64,000 nt of DNA from Eledone cirrhosa (GCA_964016885.1 OZ024749.1:54932001-54996000); one strand, 5' to 3'. Positions 49,861 through 64,000 are shown, counted from the first letter of the stretch. Numbers and translations are program-made. Notes: generated by a model not told the origin, from the letters alone.

Positions 49861-50234
49861 GATTATACATACTCGCCTTCCCTTTGCTTATTTTTCAATT
49901 TGTTTTCTGTTAAAATTTCTGATTTTTCTTTTATATTTTGTTATATTTGGTCATTTCAATTTTCCTCATATCGCCTACATTTTAAAATTTATTTCGGGTG
50001 TGATGTTACGTAGTACAATATGCAAAATAAATAGTTCTCCCTTCTATAAAACCGATACTATTACTTTCTAACAAATATTTCAAAAACTTCTTCTGAAGAT
50101 ATTTTCAACTGTTTTGCTCAAAATGCATGAATTTCAATGGAGCTTTCAGTTCAGTCTTTATCGTTATACAAACAAAGACCAACCCACACAAACATACCCA
50201 CACATATACAAACAAACTCACACACAGACATGTA

Positions 50235-50396
50235 CACACACAAGACACACACACACAAGACACACACACACAAGACACACACACAAGACAGAGACACACA
50301 CAAGACAGAGACACACACAAGACAGAGACACACACAAGACAGAGACACACACAAGACAGAGACACACACAAGACAGACACACACACAAGACAGACA

Positions 50397-50432
<36 letters not shown>
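50235..50432. repeat. CACACACAAGACAGAGA-type minisatellite
   Basis: Direct inspection. Confidence 0.9.
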
Positions 50433-50433
<1 letters not shown>

Positions 50434-51142
50434 ATATACATACACAAGAATTTGTTACAGCCTCGGATGATTTGGGTTGCGGTTTGTTGCTATCGTAGTT
50501 AAAGACACCAAAAGGGTGACAAGGAAATCTAATCTGGGCAGGATTTGAACACAGAGCGAACAAGGCCGTAACTATGCTACAAAGCATGTTTTCCGACATC
50601 TCTAAGACAGAACGAATAATGCAAAGCATTGTATCGGATCTTCTAAGGACAGCTCCAATAATTCGCCGCCTACGTAGATATGTAGGGCAGCATATATTAC
50701 TTGGTAGAGTTCGATAAATTAATGATGAGACTAGGAAATAGAATGAAATAAATCAAAGAAAATGAATATATTAGATATTAGGAGAGATAAAAGAAGCGGA
50801 ATGGAATTAAAACGGGGAAAAGACAAAACAATTGCCAGAATGAGTTGACTGAGGGCTAGAATATAAAGTGGTGAAGGTGAAGGGGGGGGGGGGTGAATGA
50901 GGAGGTGAAGGAGGAGGCGAAAAAAGGGGGCGGGGTGAAGGGGGAGGGGATGTGAAGGGGGAGGTGAATGAGGAGGGGAAGGGGGAGGGAGGAAGATATT
51001 GACAAAGATGATTACTTACATGATAAGGAAGATGATGATGATGAGGGGGTTAAAACGTTGAGGAATGTGAGGGAAGCGATGATGATTAAGGATGATGCTG
51101 ACGATGAAGAATATAAGAGAAATGTTGAGGATGGACGACGAC

Positions 51143-51368
51143 GATGGTGGTGGTGGTGGTGGTGGTGTTGGTACAGGTGAGGTTGATATCACCGATGGTG
51201 GTGGTGGTGGTGGTAGAGGTGTTGGTACAGGTGAGGTTGATATCACCGATGGTGGTGGTGGTGGTAGAGGTGTTGGTACAGGTGAGGTTGATATCACCGA
51301 TGGTGGTGGTGGTGGTGGTGGTGGTGGTGGTAGAGGTGTTGGTACAGGTGAGGTTGATATCACCGATG
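51143..51368. repeat. 4-copy minisatellite with variable (GGT)n spacer
   Basis: GGTGTTGGTACAGGTGAGGTTGATATCACCGATG x4, separated by (GGT)n AGA. Confidence 0.9.
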
Positions 51369-51439
51369 ACGACAATGATAATGATTGAAAGTAGTAGTAG
51401 TAGTAAGAGGAGTAGCAGCAGCGACAGACAGCACCAATA

Positions 51440-52397
<958 letters not shown>

Positions 52398-52658
52398 GTG
52401 AGTACATTTTCCTTTAACTACAAATTATTATTATATACTTTCGTCTTTTCATTAACTTAATTAATTTCAAATAACCAGAATATACATATATATATATATA
52501 TACTCATATTTATATATATACGCTTCTCACTCACACACAAGAAAAACAAAAAACAAAAACAAAAAAAAAAAAAATAAATAAATCAAAAATAAATTTAAAA
52601 AAAAAAATATATATATATTGAAATACTTAACTAAAACACACACACACTCAAAACTAGA

Positions 52659-53813
52659 ATGGCTAACCAGCAAAAATCCAAACAGAACTGGTCTGATAAT
52701 GAAATCGACATTCTAATAAACACATGGCATTGCCTTTCCCAAACAGAAAATATAGATGCTTCATCTCTGAACGACATTGCTAAACGTACAGTTCAATTTT
52801 TGAAAACTCGATCTGAACAACAGATTCAAAATAAATTAAAGCAAATCGAAATTGCTTTTAAATTAATCAATAAACATTTGGATAAACTACGGTGTGTTTT
52901 CTCTTCGAATGCTGTCCAGCAGCAGCAACAACAACAACAGCAGCTACAACAGCAACAACAACAACAGCTACAACAACAACATCAACAACAGCTACAACAA
53001 CAACATCAACAACAGCAACAACAACAGTGTGAACCACTCCTTGATTCATCAACAATGGCCGATCTACTAAATGAAACTATTGACCCCCCAGTAGCCTCTG
53101 TCTCACAGCATGAAACGCCACATCCTTTCTCTGGCCCAGCAGTCCAATCATCACCACTGCCAACATCTCTGCCTACTACTACTACAACATTTTTGTCTAC
53201 TGCTATGTCAAGGAATTTACCTTCTAATACCAGAACAAGAACTCTCCCTCCCACAGTCCACAAAGGTCGTCAAATCCTACCCAAACCATCATCTACACCT
53301 CTCACAACACCCACACCCATATACCCACCCACTCGAAACCCCATCATTTGCCGCTACTCTCTACGCTATAGAATATGTACGGATAGTGGCTGCAAATTCA
53401 CCCATTTACCTAGGACAAAACGATCTATCCCCACAAACAGCCACCACCATAATACATACTCTAATTTAACACCAACACAACCACCAATAACTCAAACAAG
53501 GAATCCACAAATCTGCCGTTTTTCCCTGCGAGACAGATTGTGTTTAGACCGGGATTGTCCCTTTACCCATCTCCCGGGGACCCGTCGGATAAATGAAAAT
53601 AAAATTAAAAATAAAAGCAAAAACAAAAACCATAACCTACATAAAAATAACCACTACCACAGTCACCAACAGTCTTCTAAACAGGAAACTTCTTCTTCCT
53701 CTTTTTTAGCCATAATGAATCTGGCAAAAGAACTGGAAAAAAACATTCGAGCTATCACCCAGCACCACCCTCCACTATCACCCCACTGCACAAACTCCCA
53801 TTGCTGCCATTAA
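52659..53813 (+). CDS. LINE ORF1: Myb/SANT-like N-terminus, polyQ, Pro/Thr linker, two CCCH zinc fingers
   Basis: 384-aa ATG ORF; NWSDNEIDILINTW...RSEQQIQNKLK; C-x8-C-x4-C-x3-H at 53349-53405 and 53514-53570. Confidence 0.85.
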   Translation: MANQQKSKQNWSDNEIDILINTWHCLSQTENIDASSLNDIAKRTVQFLKTRSEQQIQNKLKQIEIAFKLINKHLDKLRCVFSSNAVQQQQQQQQQLQQQQQQQLQQQHQQQLQQQHQQQQQQQCEPLLDSSTMADLLNETIDPPVASVSQHETPHPFSGPAVQSSPLPTSLPTTTTTFLSTAMSRNLPSNTRTRTLPPTVHKGRQILPKPSSTPLTTPTPIYPPTRNPIICRYSLRYRICTDSGCKFTHLPRTKRSIPTNSHHHNTYSNLTPTQPPITQTRNPQICRFSLRDRLCLDRDCPFTHLPGTRRINENKIKNKSKNKNHNLHKNNHYHSHQQSSKQETSSSSFLAIMNLAKELEKNIRAITQHHPPLSPHCTNSHCCH

Positions 53814-56800
53814 CAAACAAACAAATTAACAACACACCAAAACAATTAAAACCATCCACTCTCGCCTCTACATTTTTGCTTAACGCCCAAGGCATCAGCC
53901 CTTCCACCAATACTCAAAAATGGAAGATCAAATTCCTGGAGGACTGGATTGATGTCCATCCAAACCACATCCCTTTCTTCGTCCTCACTGAAACCCATCT
54001 CAGTAACCTCCACTTGGAAGCCGAGGTGAAAGTGAAAAATTTCAAAGCCATCCGTGCTGATCGCGCTGGCAGAAGAAAGGGCGGAACTGCCATTTATGTC
54101 CATAATTCTTTCTCAACAGAGGCTATGAACATATTCACTAATGGATACTGTGAGGCAGTCACTGTATTCAGTCAAACCAACAACCTATTAGTAGTTGGGC
54201 TCTATAGGCCACCCCAAACGCCTGTACCATGCTTCAAGGAATGCCTCAACAGCATAAAGTGTTTCATCCAAGAGTGTCACCCTGACAACATCTTAATGAT
54301 GGGGGACTTCAACCTCCCCGGAGTTGACTGGTCCACAAACACCCTGCCACCAGGTTCTTCTGCCTCAACCTCTGACAGGGAAGCTGTGGAATCGCTTCTT
54401 GACTTCATGGATGATTTCTTCCTATCCCAACTAGTGCTCGAACCAACGAGGTGCCACAAAAACGTCCTAGACTTAATTTTCAGCAATCACACTGACAATA
54501 TCCACAATATTGCAGTGGAGAAAACTCTACTCTCTGATCATGACATGGTTCTCTGTGATCTGAGATTCCACCGTCCAATATACAAACCCAATGTCATTTC
54601 TCCTGTCCATCCGTTTGACGCTATGGATTTCCACAATGCAAACTGGGAAGCGATCAGTCATGATCTTGCACATGTCGACTGGTCCTTCACGCACACTCAT
54701 ACACCCACTAACATCAAAAAGTCCTGGCAGACATTTGTGGACACTGTTACAAACATATGTGCTAAACACACCCCATTAAGAACTATAAACAAATCTAAGA
54801 GCAGAATCCCTAGAAATAGAAAAACGCTCATCAGAAAAATTAAGAGAACGAACAAAAAAATCAACAATCTGAAATACTGTCAGCAGCAACACATCAACTT
54901 GACTGCCATTTCATCACTGGAGATTAAAAAACATAACCTCCAAAACAACATAATGTCCCTCATCAACAATCAGAGAAGAGCTGAAGAGGCCTGGGCCATT
55001 GAGAAGATCAAACTCAATCCCAAAGTGTTCTTTTCATTTGCAAAAAAACACAAAATCACTGGCTCTACTGTTGGCCCTCTAATTGATGAAAATGGCACTC
55101 TTCAAGACAATGCTAAAACCATGGGTGAGATACTGCAGAAACAATACTGCTCTGTTTTCAGCAATCCTGATATGGCCGATCTGGGCTGTATCGGCGATGT
55201 TACTCCCCATTACACCTTATCGGACATAACGTTTGGCGCCCCTGATGTCTTGGCGGCAATAAAGGAAATCAAGCATAATTCAGCAGTAGGTCCCGATAGG
55301 TTCCCTGCTTGTGTCTTGAAGGCGTGTCAACACCAACTTGCTTCTCCTCTTGCCAATCTGTGGCGGAACTCACTGGATGCTGGATATGTGCCAGAAAACC
55401 TTCTATCCCAGTCTGTTGTCCCAGTTTTCAAAAAGGGAAACAAATCCCTTGCCGTGAATTACCGTCCAATCTCACTCACCTCTCATATCATTAAGGTATT
55501 TGAGCGAGTGGTGAGATCGCGAATGACCCACTTCCTTGAGAGTAACAATATGCTGAACTCCAACCAGCATGGATTCCGTAATGGAAGGGATTGCCTGACG
55601 CAACTACTGCATCACTTTGATGACATTTTGAGAGCCTTGGGAGAGGGTTCCAACACTGATGTTATCTACCTTGATTTCAGCAAGGCCTTTGACAGGGTTG
55701 ATCATAACATTCTACTGAGAAAGCTGTCCAATATTGGTGTCACTGGAAAGCTGCTGCAGTGGATCAAGAGCTTCCTGTCAAACAGAACCCAACATGTTGT
55801 AGTTGAGGGAGTCAAATCAAGCCCAGCCAAAGTCAGTAGTGGAGTCCCACAAGGCACTGTGTTGGGCCCACTTCTCTTCATCATCTATATTAATGACATC
55901 ACTGACATCATCAAACACAGCAACATTAAAATTTTCGCTGATGATTCCAAGCTCCAAAAGGTCATCAATGGCGTGGATGACCGGATAGGCCTTCAGTCAG
56001 ACCTACTGGCTGTTACCCAATGGGCAGAAAAGAACAACATGTTACTGAACGAAGACAAATTCGAACTGATCCACTTTGGAAAAGAGGATGCTCTGAAACT
56101 CCCGTACTCCCTTCCCTCCGGGGAAACTCTCGTGGCATCTAACAACATCAGAGACTTGGGAGTAACCGTGGACAGCAACATAAGCTGGACCACGCATATA
56201 AGCAGCAAAGTTGACATGGCCCGCAGAATGTGTTCCTGGATCCTCAGAACCTTCCAGTCGAGAGATTCCCGCACCATTATCCTTCTCTTCTCTACTTTCG
56301 CCCGACCACACCTTGAATACTGTTGTCCACTGTGGTCTCCCCACACGAAACAAAGTATCATGAAACTTGAAGCTCCTCAAAGGGCAATCACGAAAAAGAT
56401 AGATGGCATGTCAGACCTTGACTACTGGGGTCGATTGGAAAACCTGAAACTTTACTCACTCCAACGTCGCCGTGAGCGTTATATTATCTGCATGATGTGG
56501 AAAATGTTCCATCATCACTGCCCAAATGATGTTGGCATCGCCTTCAAGATACACCCAAGGCTTGGGCCCCGTGCTATCCGTCCCATTCAAAAATCTAAAT
56601 CGCAACTCATAACAACAATACGGCACAATTATTTCACCTCAATCGGCCCTGCTCTCTTCAACATCACACCAGGACACGTCAAAACAGAAACTGACCACAC
56701 AAAATTCAAGAAGTCTTTGGACAAATTCCTCCAAGTAATCCCGGACAAACCACCCACACCCGGATATGTCTCCGCAAACAGTAATTCTCTTCTCGAATGG

Positions 56801-56821
56801 GCCATGGTGCCCAAATCCTGA
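53681..56821 (+). CDS. LINE ORF2: apurinic-like endonuclease plus reverse transcriptase (frame open from 53681; true start uncertain)
   Basis: APE motifs LLNAQG, LTETHL, LYRPP, MGDFN, LDLIF, SDH; RT motifs [33 protein letters not shown]; no stops or frameshifts. Confidence 0.95.
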   Translation, partial: TGNFFFLFFSHNESGKRTGKKHSSYHPAPPSTITPLHKLPLLPLTNKQINNTPKQLKPSTLASTFLLNAQGISPSTNTQKWKIKFLEDWIDVHPNHIPFFVLTETHLSNLHLEAEVKVKNFKAIRADRAGRRKGGTAIYVHNSFSTEAMNIFTNGYCEAVTVFSQTNNLLVVGLYRPPQTPVPCFKECLNSIKCFIQECHPDNILMMGDFNLPGVDWSTNTLPPGSSASTSDREAVESLLDFMDDFFLSQLVLEPTRCHKNVLDLIFSNHTDNIHNIAVEKTLLSDHDMVLCDLRFHRPIYKPNVISPVHPFDAMDFHNANWEAISHDLAHVDWSFTHTHTPTNIKKSWQTFVDTVTNICAKHTPLRTINKSKSRIPRNRKTLIRKIKRTNKKINNLKYCQQQHINLTAISSLEIKKHNLQNNIMSLINNQRRAEEAWAIEKIKLNPKVFFSFAKKHKITGSTVGPLIDENGTLQDNAKTMGEILQKQYCSVFSNPDMADLGCIGDVTPHYTLSDITFGAPDVLAAIKEIKHNSAVGPDRFPACVLKACQHQLASPLANLWRNSLDAGYVPENLLSQSVVPVFKKGNKSLAVNYRPISLTSHIIKVFERVVRSRMTHFLESNNMLNSNQHGFRNGRDCLTQLLHHFDDILRALGEGSNTDVIYLDFSKAFDRVDHNILLRKLSNIGVTGKLLQWIKSFLSNRTQHVVVEGVKSSPAKVSSGVPQGTVLGPLLFIIYINDITDIIKHSNIKIFADDSKLQKVINGVDDRIGLQSDLLAVTQWAEKNNMLLNEDKFELIHFGKEDALKLPYSLPSGETLVASNNIRDLGVTVDSNISWTTHISSKVDMARRMCSWILRTFQSRDSRTIILLFSTFARPHLEYCCPLWSPHTKQSIMKLEAPQRAITKKIDGMSDLDYWGRLENLKLYSLQRRRERYIICMMWKMFHHHCPNDVGIAFKIHPRLGPRAIRPIQKSKSQLITTIRHNYFTSIGPALFNITPGHVKTETDHTKFKKSLDKFLQVIPDKPPTPGYVSANSNSLLEWAMVPKS

Positions 56822-56908
56822 ATTGAAAGACTTCGCCAGGTGGTGCTATTAAGTTAGACATGGCCTGGGCCAATACTGGCCAAAACATTTCAAAGTTATT
56901 CAAAGTTA

Positions 56909-57121
56909 TATATATATACATACATATATACATATATACATACATATATATATATATACATATATACATACATATATATATATATATATATACATACATA
57001 TATATATATATACATATATACATACATATATATATATATACATATATACATACATATATATATATATATATATACATACATATATATATATATATATACA
57101 TACATACATATATATATATAT

Positions 57122-57152
<31 letters not shown>

Positions 57153-57227
57153 CATACATATATATATATATATATATACATACATATATATATATATATA
57201 TATACATACATATATATATATATATAT

Positions 57228-57258
<31 letters not shown>

Positions 57259-57446
57259 CATACATATATACATATATACATATATACATACATATATATA
57301 TATATACATACATATATATATATATATATATACATACATATATATATATATACATATATACATACATATATATATATATATATATACATACATATATATA
57401 TATATATATATACATACATATATATATATATATATATACATACATA

Positions 57447-57486
<40 letters not shown>

Positions 57487-57589
57487 CATACATATATATA
57501 TATATATATACATACATATATATATATATATATACATACATATATATATATATACATATATACATACATATATATATATATATACATAC

Positions 57590-57620
<31 letters not shown>

Positions 57621-57683
57621 CATACATACATACATATATATATATACATACATACATACACATACATACATATATATATATAC

Positions 57684-57714
<31 letters not shown>

Positions 57715-57805
57715 CATACATACATACATATATATATATATATACATACATACATATATATATACATACATACATACATATATATATACATACATATATA
57801 TATAC

Positions 57806-57881
<76 letters not shown>

Positions 57882-58060
57882 ACATACATACATATATATA
57901 CATACATACATATATATACATATATATATATACATACATACATACATATACATACATATACATACATACATATATATATACATACATACATATACATACA
58001 TACATATATATATACATACATACATATATATATACATACATATATATATATACATACATA

Positions 58061-58092
<32 letters not shown>

Positions 58093-58211
58093 CATATATA
58101 TACATACATACATATATATACATACATACATATATATACATACATACATATATATACATACATACATATATATACATACATACATACATATACATACATA
58201 CATATATATAC

Positions 58212-58250
<39 letters not shown>

Positions 58251-58324
58251 CATATATATACATACATACACATACATACATACATACATATATATACATA
58301 CATACACATACATACATACATACA

Positions 58325-58418
<94 letters not shown>

Positions 58419-58669
58419 CATACATATATATATACATACATATATATATACATACATATATATATACATACATATATATATACATACATATATATATACA
58501 TACATATATATATACATACATATATATATACATACATATATATATACATACATATATATATACATACATATATATATACATACATATATATATACATACA
58601 TATATATATACATACATATATATATACATACATATATATATATATATATACATACATATATATATATAT

Positions 58670-58700
<31 letters not shown>

Positions 58701-58721
58701 CATACATATATATATATATAT

Positions 58722-58772
<51 letters not shown>

Positions 58773-58909
58773 CATACATATATATATATATATATACATA
58801 CATATATATATATATATATACATACATATATATATATATATATACATACATATATATATATATATATATACATACATATATATATATATATATATACATA
58901 CATATATAT

Positions 58910-58942
<33 letters not shown>

Positions 58943-58975
58943 CATACATATATATATACATACATACATATATAT

Positions 58976-59008
<33 letters not shown>

Positions 59009-59251
59009 CATACATATATATATATATATATACATACATATATATATATATATATACATACATATATATATATATATATACATACATATATATATATATA
59101 TATACATACATATATATATATATATATACATACATATATATATATATATATATACATACATATATATATACATACATATATATATATATATATATACATA
59201 CATATATATATACATACATATATATATACATACATATATATATATATATAC

Positions 59252-59285
<34 letters not shown>

Positions 59286-59488
59286 ACATATACATATATA
59301 TATATACATATATATATATACATATACATACATATATATACATATACATACATATATATACATATACATATATATACATATACATATATATATACATACA
59401 TATATACATATATACATATATACATACATATAAACATATATACATACATACATATAAACATATATACATACATACATATATATATATA
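56909..59488. repeat. ~2.6-kb (TA)n/(CATA)n array, right flank of the LINE
   Basis: Direct inspection. Confidence 0.9.
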
Positions 59489-59888
59489 ACCCAAATCAAA
59501 TTAAAATGTAAAAATGAATTAAACTGAAATCAATATGAAAAGGTGTCTATACACACACACGTACGTACGTGTGTGTGCGTGTGTTATTTTATATACTTTA
59601 ATAAAAAAAAAAAAAATAATTTCTAAAGAAAATACAATAACCCCTCCACCCACCATAATAGAGGAAGGAAGTTTAAAGAAGAGAAGTTCATTAAATATTA
59701 CTAAACATCGGCAATGTTAAATGATTTATGAGAGATAACCATGCGATAAGAAAGGGAAATTATGGTGGCAGTCATCAAACCTAGCCTGCTAGACTTTCCA
59801 TTCTATTAACTCATCTCACCTGCTCTTGGTGCCAGGAACGGAAAGGGATCTTCTGTGTATTTCTTTTTTCCATTTACTATATATATAT

Positions 59889-60075
59889 ATAGAAAGGCTT
59901 CTACAGGACTAGAACTGTTTCATTCGGGAGAAATCATCAGGAAGCCTGATGATTTCTCCCGAATGTTCCAGTCCTAGTCCTGTAGAAGCCTTTCTATATT
60001 AAATATTTTTACTCTGCTTTGTATTGAGTACCTTACTTACTGTGGTTACCCCCGGTTGAACCCGGGATAAACTTT
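59889..60075. mobile_element. Fold-back element made of two inverted hammerhead copies plus a tail with a terminal hairpin
   Basis: Arms ~59889-59941 and 59945-59997; tail ends CCCGGTTGAACCCGGG; TA flanks; family member at 15330. Confidence 0.85.
59895..59947 (-). ncRNA. Type I hammerhead ribozyme, intact core
   Basis: Minus: AGGCTTC-CTGATGA-tTTC tccc GAAt-GAAA-CAG ttctagtc CTG-TA^-GAAGCCT; 7-bp stem I; U.U at the base of stem II. Confidence 0.8.
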
Positions 60076-60305
60076 ATATATATAAATTCAGCGAGAATCG
60101 TATTTCGGCGGGTATAAATAAGCAAAACTCTCTATATATAAAAGAAACAGAGAGGGGGAGGTGGGTAGTACACTTGATTGAATGGTCACATTCCTGTTCG
60201 ATCAGATCACTATACAAGGAATTTCACACTGACAAAAGTTTTTTACCACGCTTTCACAGATAAAGAAATCAGTTATGTCCTCATTCGAACAAGACGAAAC
60301 CACCT

Positions 60306-60392
60306 AATACCCTCTTAGTACTGTTGCTAGTACCACCAATTGGTACAATACCCTCTTAGTACTGTTGCTAGTACCAACAACTGGTACAATAC
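60306..60392. repeat. Tandem duplication of a 41-bp unit
   Basis: AATACCCTCTTAGTACTGTTGCTAGTACC at 60306 and 60347. Confidence 0.9.
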
Positions 60393-61114
60393 ATGACTGA
60401 AGACGTGAAGAAATCTGCAACAAAACTGCACTCAAATCCTGCAGATTTAAAATCCACAGAGAAACAAAATATCAGAAATAGAAACATAAATCTTAATTCG
60501 ATAAATGCACTGCTATGGATGTACCATGACAACATGCAAATATCATGAGATCATCAGACACATAAGAAATAAAAGACGAAATATTGATTTCTGAAACCAT
60601 ACCAGTATGCTATGTGTAATATTGATTGCTACATCCTGTTATGACACAGGTAAACGTCTATTACATCTAAATCCTACTATATATAGAAACTATGATAAGA
60701 AGAAGAAAAAAAACTGGCAACAGATTATGTGTGAAGTTCAACGCATTTTCAAAGCCTAAAGAGATAGAAATGAATTTTTCATTGTGAAAGGAAATAGATT
60801 GAGAAGACTCAATGATTACGCAATTTTATGAGAAAATGGTTAGGAAATATGTTGATATATATATATATTTTTTAGTCGATGATTTTGAGATAAATGCTAA
60901 AGAACGCTTGTTTAAAGCACGCTGATCTCCGAAACAATCACAAGAGATTATTGTCAAGTCATGCAATTAAATTTGTTATTATGTAGCTAAATGTCAAATC
61001 CTCAACGTTTAATGTATCTTTTGTTATCTGCTTCGGGTTGTTGCTTTGGAAATCTAGTTCATTCGTAAAATGGATGCTATAGTTAAAATACATTTTTTAG
61101 GAAGGGTGAAAATG

Positions 61115-61203
61115 ATTGAATCAGCCCCAGTACTTGACTGGTACTATATTTTATCGACAACAGAAGGATGATAATCAAAGTGGAATTCGGCGAAATTTGA
61201 ATT

Positions 61204-61205
<2 letters not shown>
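61115..61205 (-). mobile_element. Degenerate SINE fragment (family of 18483)
   Basis: CCCCAGTACTTGACTGGTACTATATTTTATCGAC...AAGGATGA...CGGCGAAATTTGAA. Confidence 0.6.
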
Positions 61206-61258
<53 letters not shown>

Positions 61259-61527
61259 TGAAAGAGTGAAGAATAACATGGTCGGCTGTACAAACAGGGT
61301 TCTATTTACAGTATTAACAATTGTTTCATTGATCAGGTGAGTCTAAAGGCCACTAATCACTCGAAATTGCGTCACTCGACATTAAATACAGTGTGTGTCG
61401 CTGATCAAATCATCAGAATACTGGAGGGTCTAACACATGGCATTGGTATTTATAGATGCGTTAAAACTATCCATAGTACAGAGTACTCACAACTTAACTG
61501 GATTACCTAAAACGATAACTTGTTTTC

Positions 61528-61581
<54 letters not shown>

Positions 61582-62722
61582 TACGGTAACATTTTGTTAC
61601 ATAAACCAGGGTAAATATGGTGAAGGTCATGCTTCATTATGTATACACATTTAGCTATATAATAATTATGGCTATAGATATTTTGAAATTATAAAAACAA
61701 TATTTATTTTCTATTCCTACAAATTGATTTGCCGAGGGCTCAATAAAAATAATATTCATCGTAATAAACGTAAGGAATTTATAAAAGCCTAATGAACGTG
61801 AAACAAATACTTAAAACATTTTATGTTTTTACCGGGCATGATTGTGTTATGACTGGAAGTCAACTGTTCATACCGAATATATGGAGACGAGAGGGTTTTA
61901 CGAGAGGAATTACAAAGAGAGTCTAATCGCGTGAGGATGTCACTGTTTCTAAAATACCAAACTGTAAATATCATACGGAAACAGTGGCAACACGGTTTAC
62001 TTTGTTAAAATGGAATAAAAATTGTAGCTTAGAATTAACTTAACGAAATTCATCATTATAGAAACTATAGATATATAAATATTTCACAATTATGAAAAAA
62101 TAACAACAACAAAAAAGCCAGCCTTTCTTTTGTTCCAAGCGATTAACTGAGAAATTTCAAAAGAAATAAAAAGAGAGATTTAGATGAATAATAATAAATT
62201 TATATATATGTATAGTTGAAATGAAAGCAAGTAATATATTGAAATATGTACGTTATATATTCTACATATTTAAATAAATACATGTGTCGTATGTGGAGAT
62301 CAATGTTTCGTGCGTTAGTAATTTACTGCGTTGGAGATGTATTGGAATCTAACTTTTCAAATTTATGATTATGCATATAAATGTCTCCCCAACTAGATGA
62401 AAGTATAGACAGCAGACAGAAATATATTTAGAGAGATATTGATAGCAATCTACTTAGTGCATGTATATATATATATATTTATTTATATTAAGTATGAAGA
62501 TAGATTAATAGTTATAGATATTTATATATTTCATCTTTCTGTCTATCTACCTAGCTATTTACCTATCTTACTATGCATGAATCTAGCTACTTACCTATCT
62601 ATACATGCATCTATCTATCTTACTATCTATCTACTTACCTATCTATCAATGAATCAATCGCTCCATCTTATAAATATATCTACTTATCTATCTATCTGGT
62701 CTCTCTCTCTCTTTCTCCGTCT

Positions 62723-62760
<38 letters not shown>

Positions 62761-62789
62761 CGTGCGTGCTTAGATATTTATGCATGTAG

Positions 62790-62823
<34 letters not shown>

Positions 62824-63727
62824 CAATTTTTTTTAAATAAAGCAAATTACGTTAGAATGTCCTACAGGATGGTATAAGAGAAGCGGAGCATGCAATTGGG
62901 ATGCCAGAGAGTGGAAAAAAATATATTCTACTATACTATTTTTCAATTTATTTTATCTTCTTTTGAAAAAAATATATATTTGCTTATCAAAGGCCTGTTA
63001 GGTCTTTACCATTAAGGAGAATATAACCAATTATGAGGACTTGCTGTAGATATTTTAAAGGATCATTATCATTATTATGTTTGCAGAAATATTATTAATG
63101 TAAGGAAAAAAATATATGCTATGAAGAAAACGAAAATAAAAATGCAAAATTATAAAAAAGAGCAGCCATTTTCGATTTTATAAAAAATAAAATATAAACC
63201 TCGGATATTATCAATAATCTGAAAAATAAATAAATCAAATCAAATAAATAAATATCGTCCTACTTTTTACCTATCATTAGACCCAACCTCCCATTAGTTC
63301 TACTTTTTTTTTTAAGTTCTCTCTTGTTTGTTCTCCCTCTCTCTCTTCTTCCCCCACATCATTTCATCACCGTACTCTCAGTTATCATCATGATCAGCAT
63401 CATCAATTCTACCGTAATCATTATCATTGTCATCAGCATCATCAATTCTACCGTAATCATCATCATCATCATCACCAATTCCGTCCTCGTCGTCATCATC
63501 ATCACCGTCAACCTTATCTTAATCTTCACCATTATCATCATGATTATCAGGAATAATATGTGTATTCCAAGTATTAGTAGTAGTAGTGGTAATCCAAGTA
63601 TTAGTAGTAGTATGATCTGGAGAATTAACAGTAGTATTATTCAGCAGTGAAACCACCAAGGAAGTATCTTAGTGTTTAGTCGGTCTCCCATTAATGTGTA
63701 ATACTTTTATATAAGATGTAATAAATA

Positions 63728-63859
63728 GACAGAGTTAATCCCACAACATTTACTGAACCATACTTCAGAAGACGTCTTCTCGGCTATGATTCGGTAATTG
63801 TTGTGGAATTAACTCTGGTCCTTTGGACTGGGTGCTCTACCAAATTTGGATATAAACCT

Positions 63860-63865
<6 letters not shown>
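63728..63865. mobile_element. Diverged fold-back element (arms ~46 bp, no spacer) plus tail
   Basis: Centre AGAAGAC|GTCTTCT at 63767-63780; arms extend to 63728 and 63820; TA tract follows. Confidence 0.65.
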
Positions 63866-63896
<31 letters not shown>

Positions 63897-64000
63897 TAAT
63901 CTCCTTATATACATATAACTTCTCTTCCCCACTTAATCGCCTCACACTGCTGAAGGAAGTGATGAACAATTTCACTATTTTCGTTCGATACATATCCATG

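Larger units (their letters stand above)
52398..56908 (+). mobile_element. Apparently full-length, intact CR1-group non-LTR retrotransposon
   Basis: ~260-bp A-rich 5' UTR, ORF1, ORF2 (APE+RT, no RNase H), short 3' UTR with GGCCA..TGGCC hairpin and (TTCAAAGTTA)2 tail; microsatellite on both sides. Confidence 0.93.

Noticed and set aside
51092-51388. Gly-rich repeat protein ORF
   Set aside because: Arises from a minisatellite with (GGT)n spacers; several frames are open and there is no splice support.
55937-55945. CTGATGA inside LINE ORF2
   Set aside because: It is the RT FADD codons; no ribozyme stems.
61330-61385. CAGGTGA..CTC-GAAA-TTGCG-TC hammerhead-like text
   Set aside because: Two core mismatches and no convincing stem I.

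Overview
Eukaryotic, very AT-rich, microsatellite-dominated DNA. The SINE types and (TA)n/(CATA)n load suggest an octopus-like cephalopod (inference). Almost all long ORFs in the track are translations of simple repeats. Real content: (1) an apparently intact ~4.5-kb CR1-group LINE (52398-56908). Its ORF1 has a Myb/SANT-like N-terminus, polyQ and two CCCH zinc fingers. Its ORF2 (APE-RT) has no AUG before the endonuclease motifs and overlaps ORF1 in the -1 frame across two canonical slippery heptamers, so it is a candidate for -1 ribosomal frameshifting. A ~99% identical 3' fragment lies at 25994-26571. (2) Three copies of a short non-autonomous RTE-like element ending in a C2H2 finger. (3) Several small elements, mostly in or beside (TA)n tracts, carrying type I hammerhead ribozymes (three with intact cores, several degenerate) and/or long fold-back inverted repeats, as expected of Penelope-like/retrozyme-type elements. 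(4) tRNA-derived SINEs and minisatellites. (5) A few candidate minus-strand host exons at 2-4.7 kb. All structures were read by eye; no searches or folding were run.
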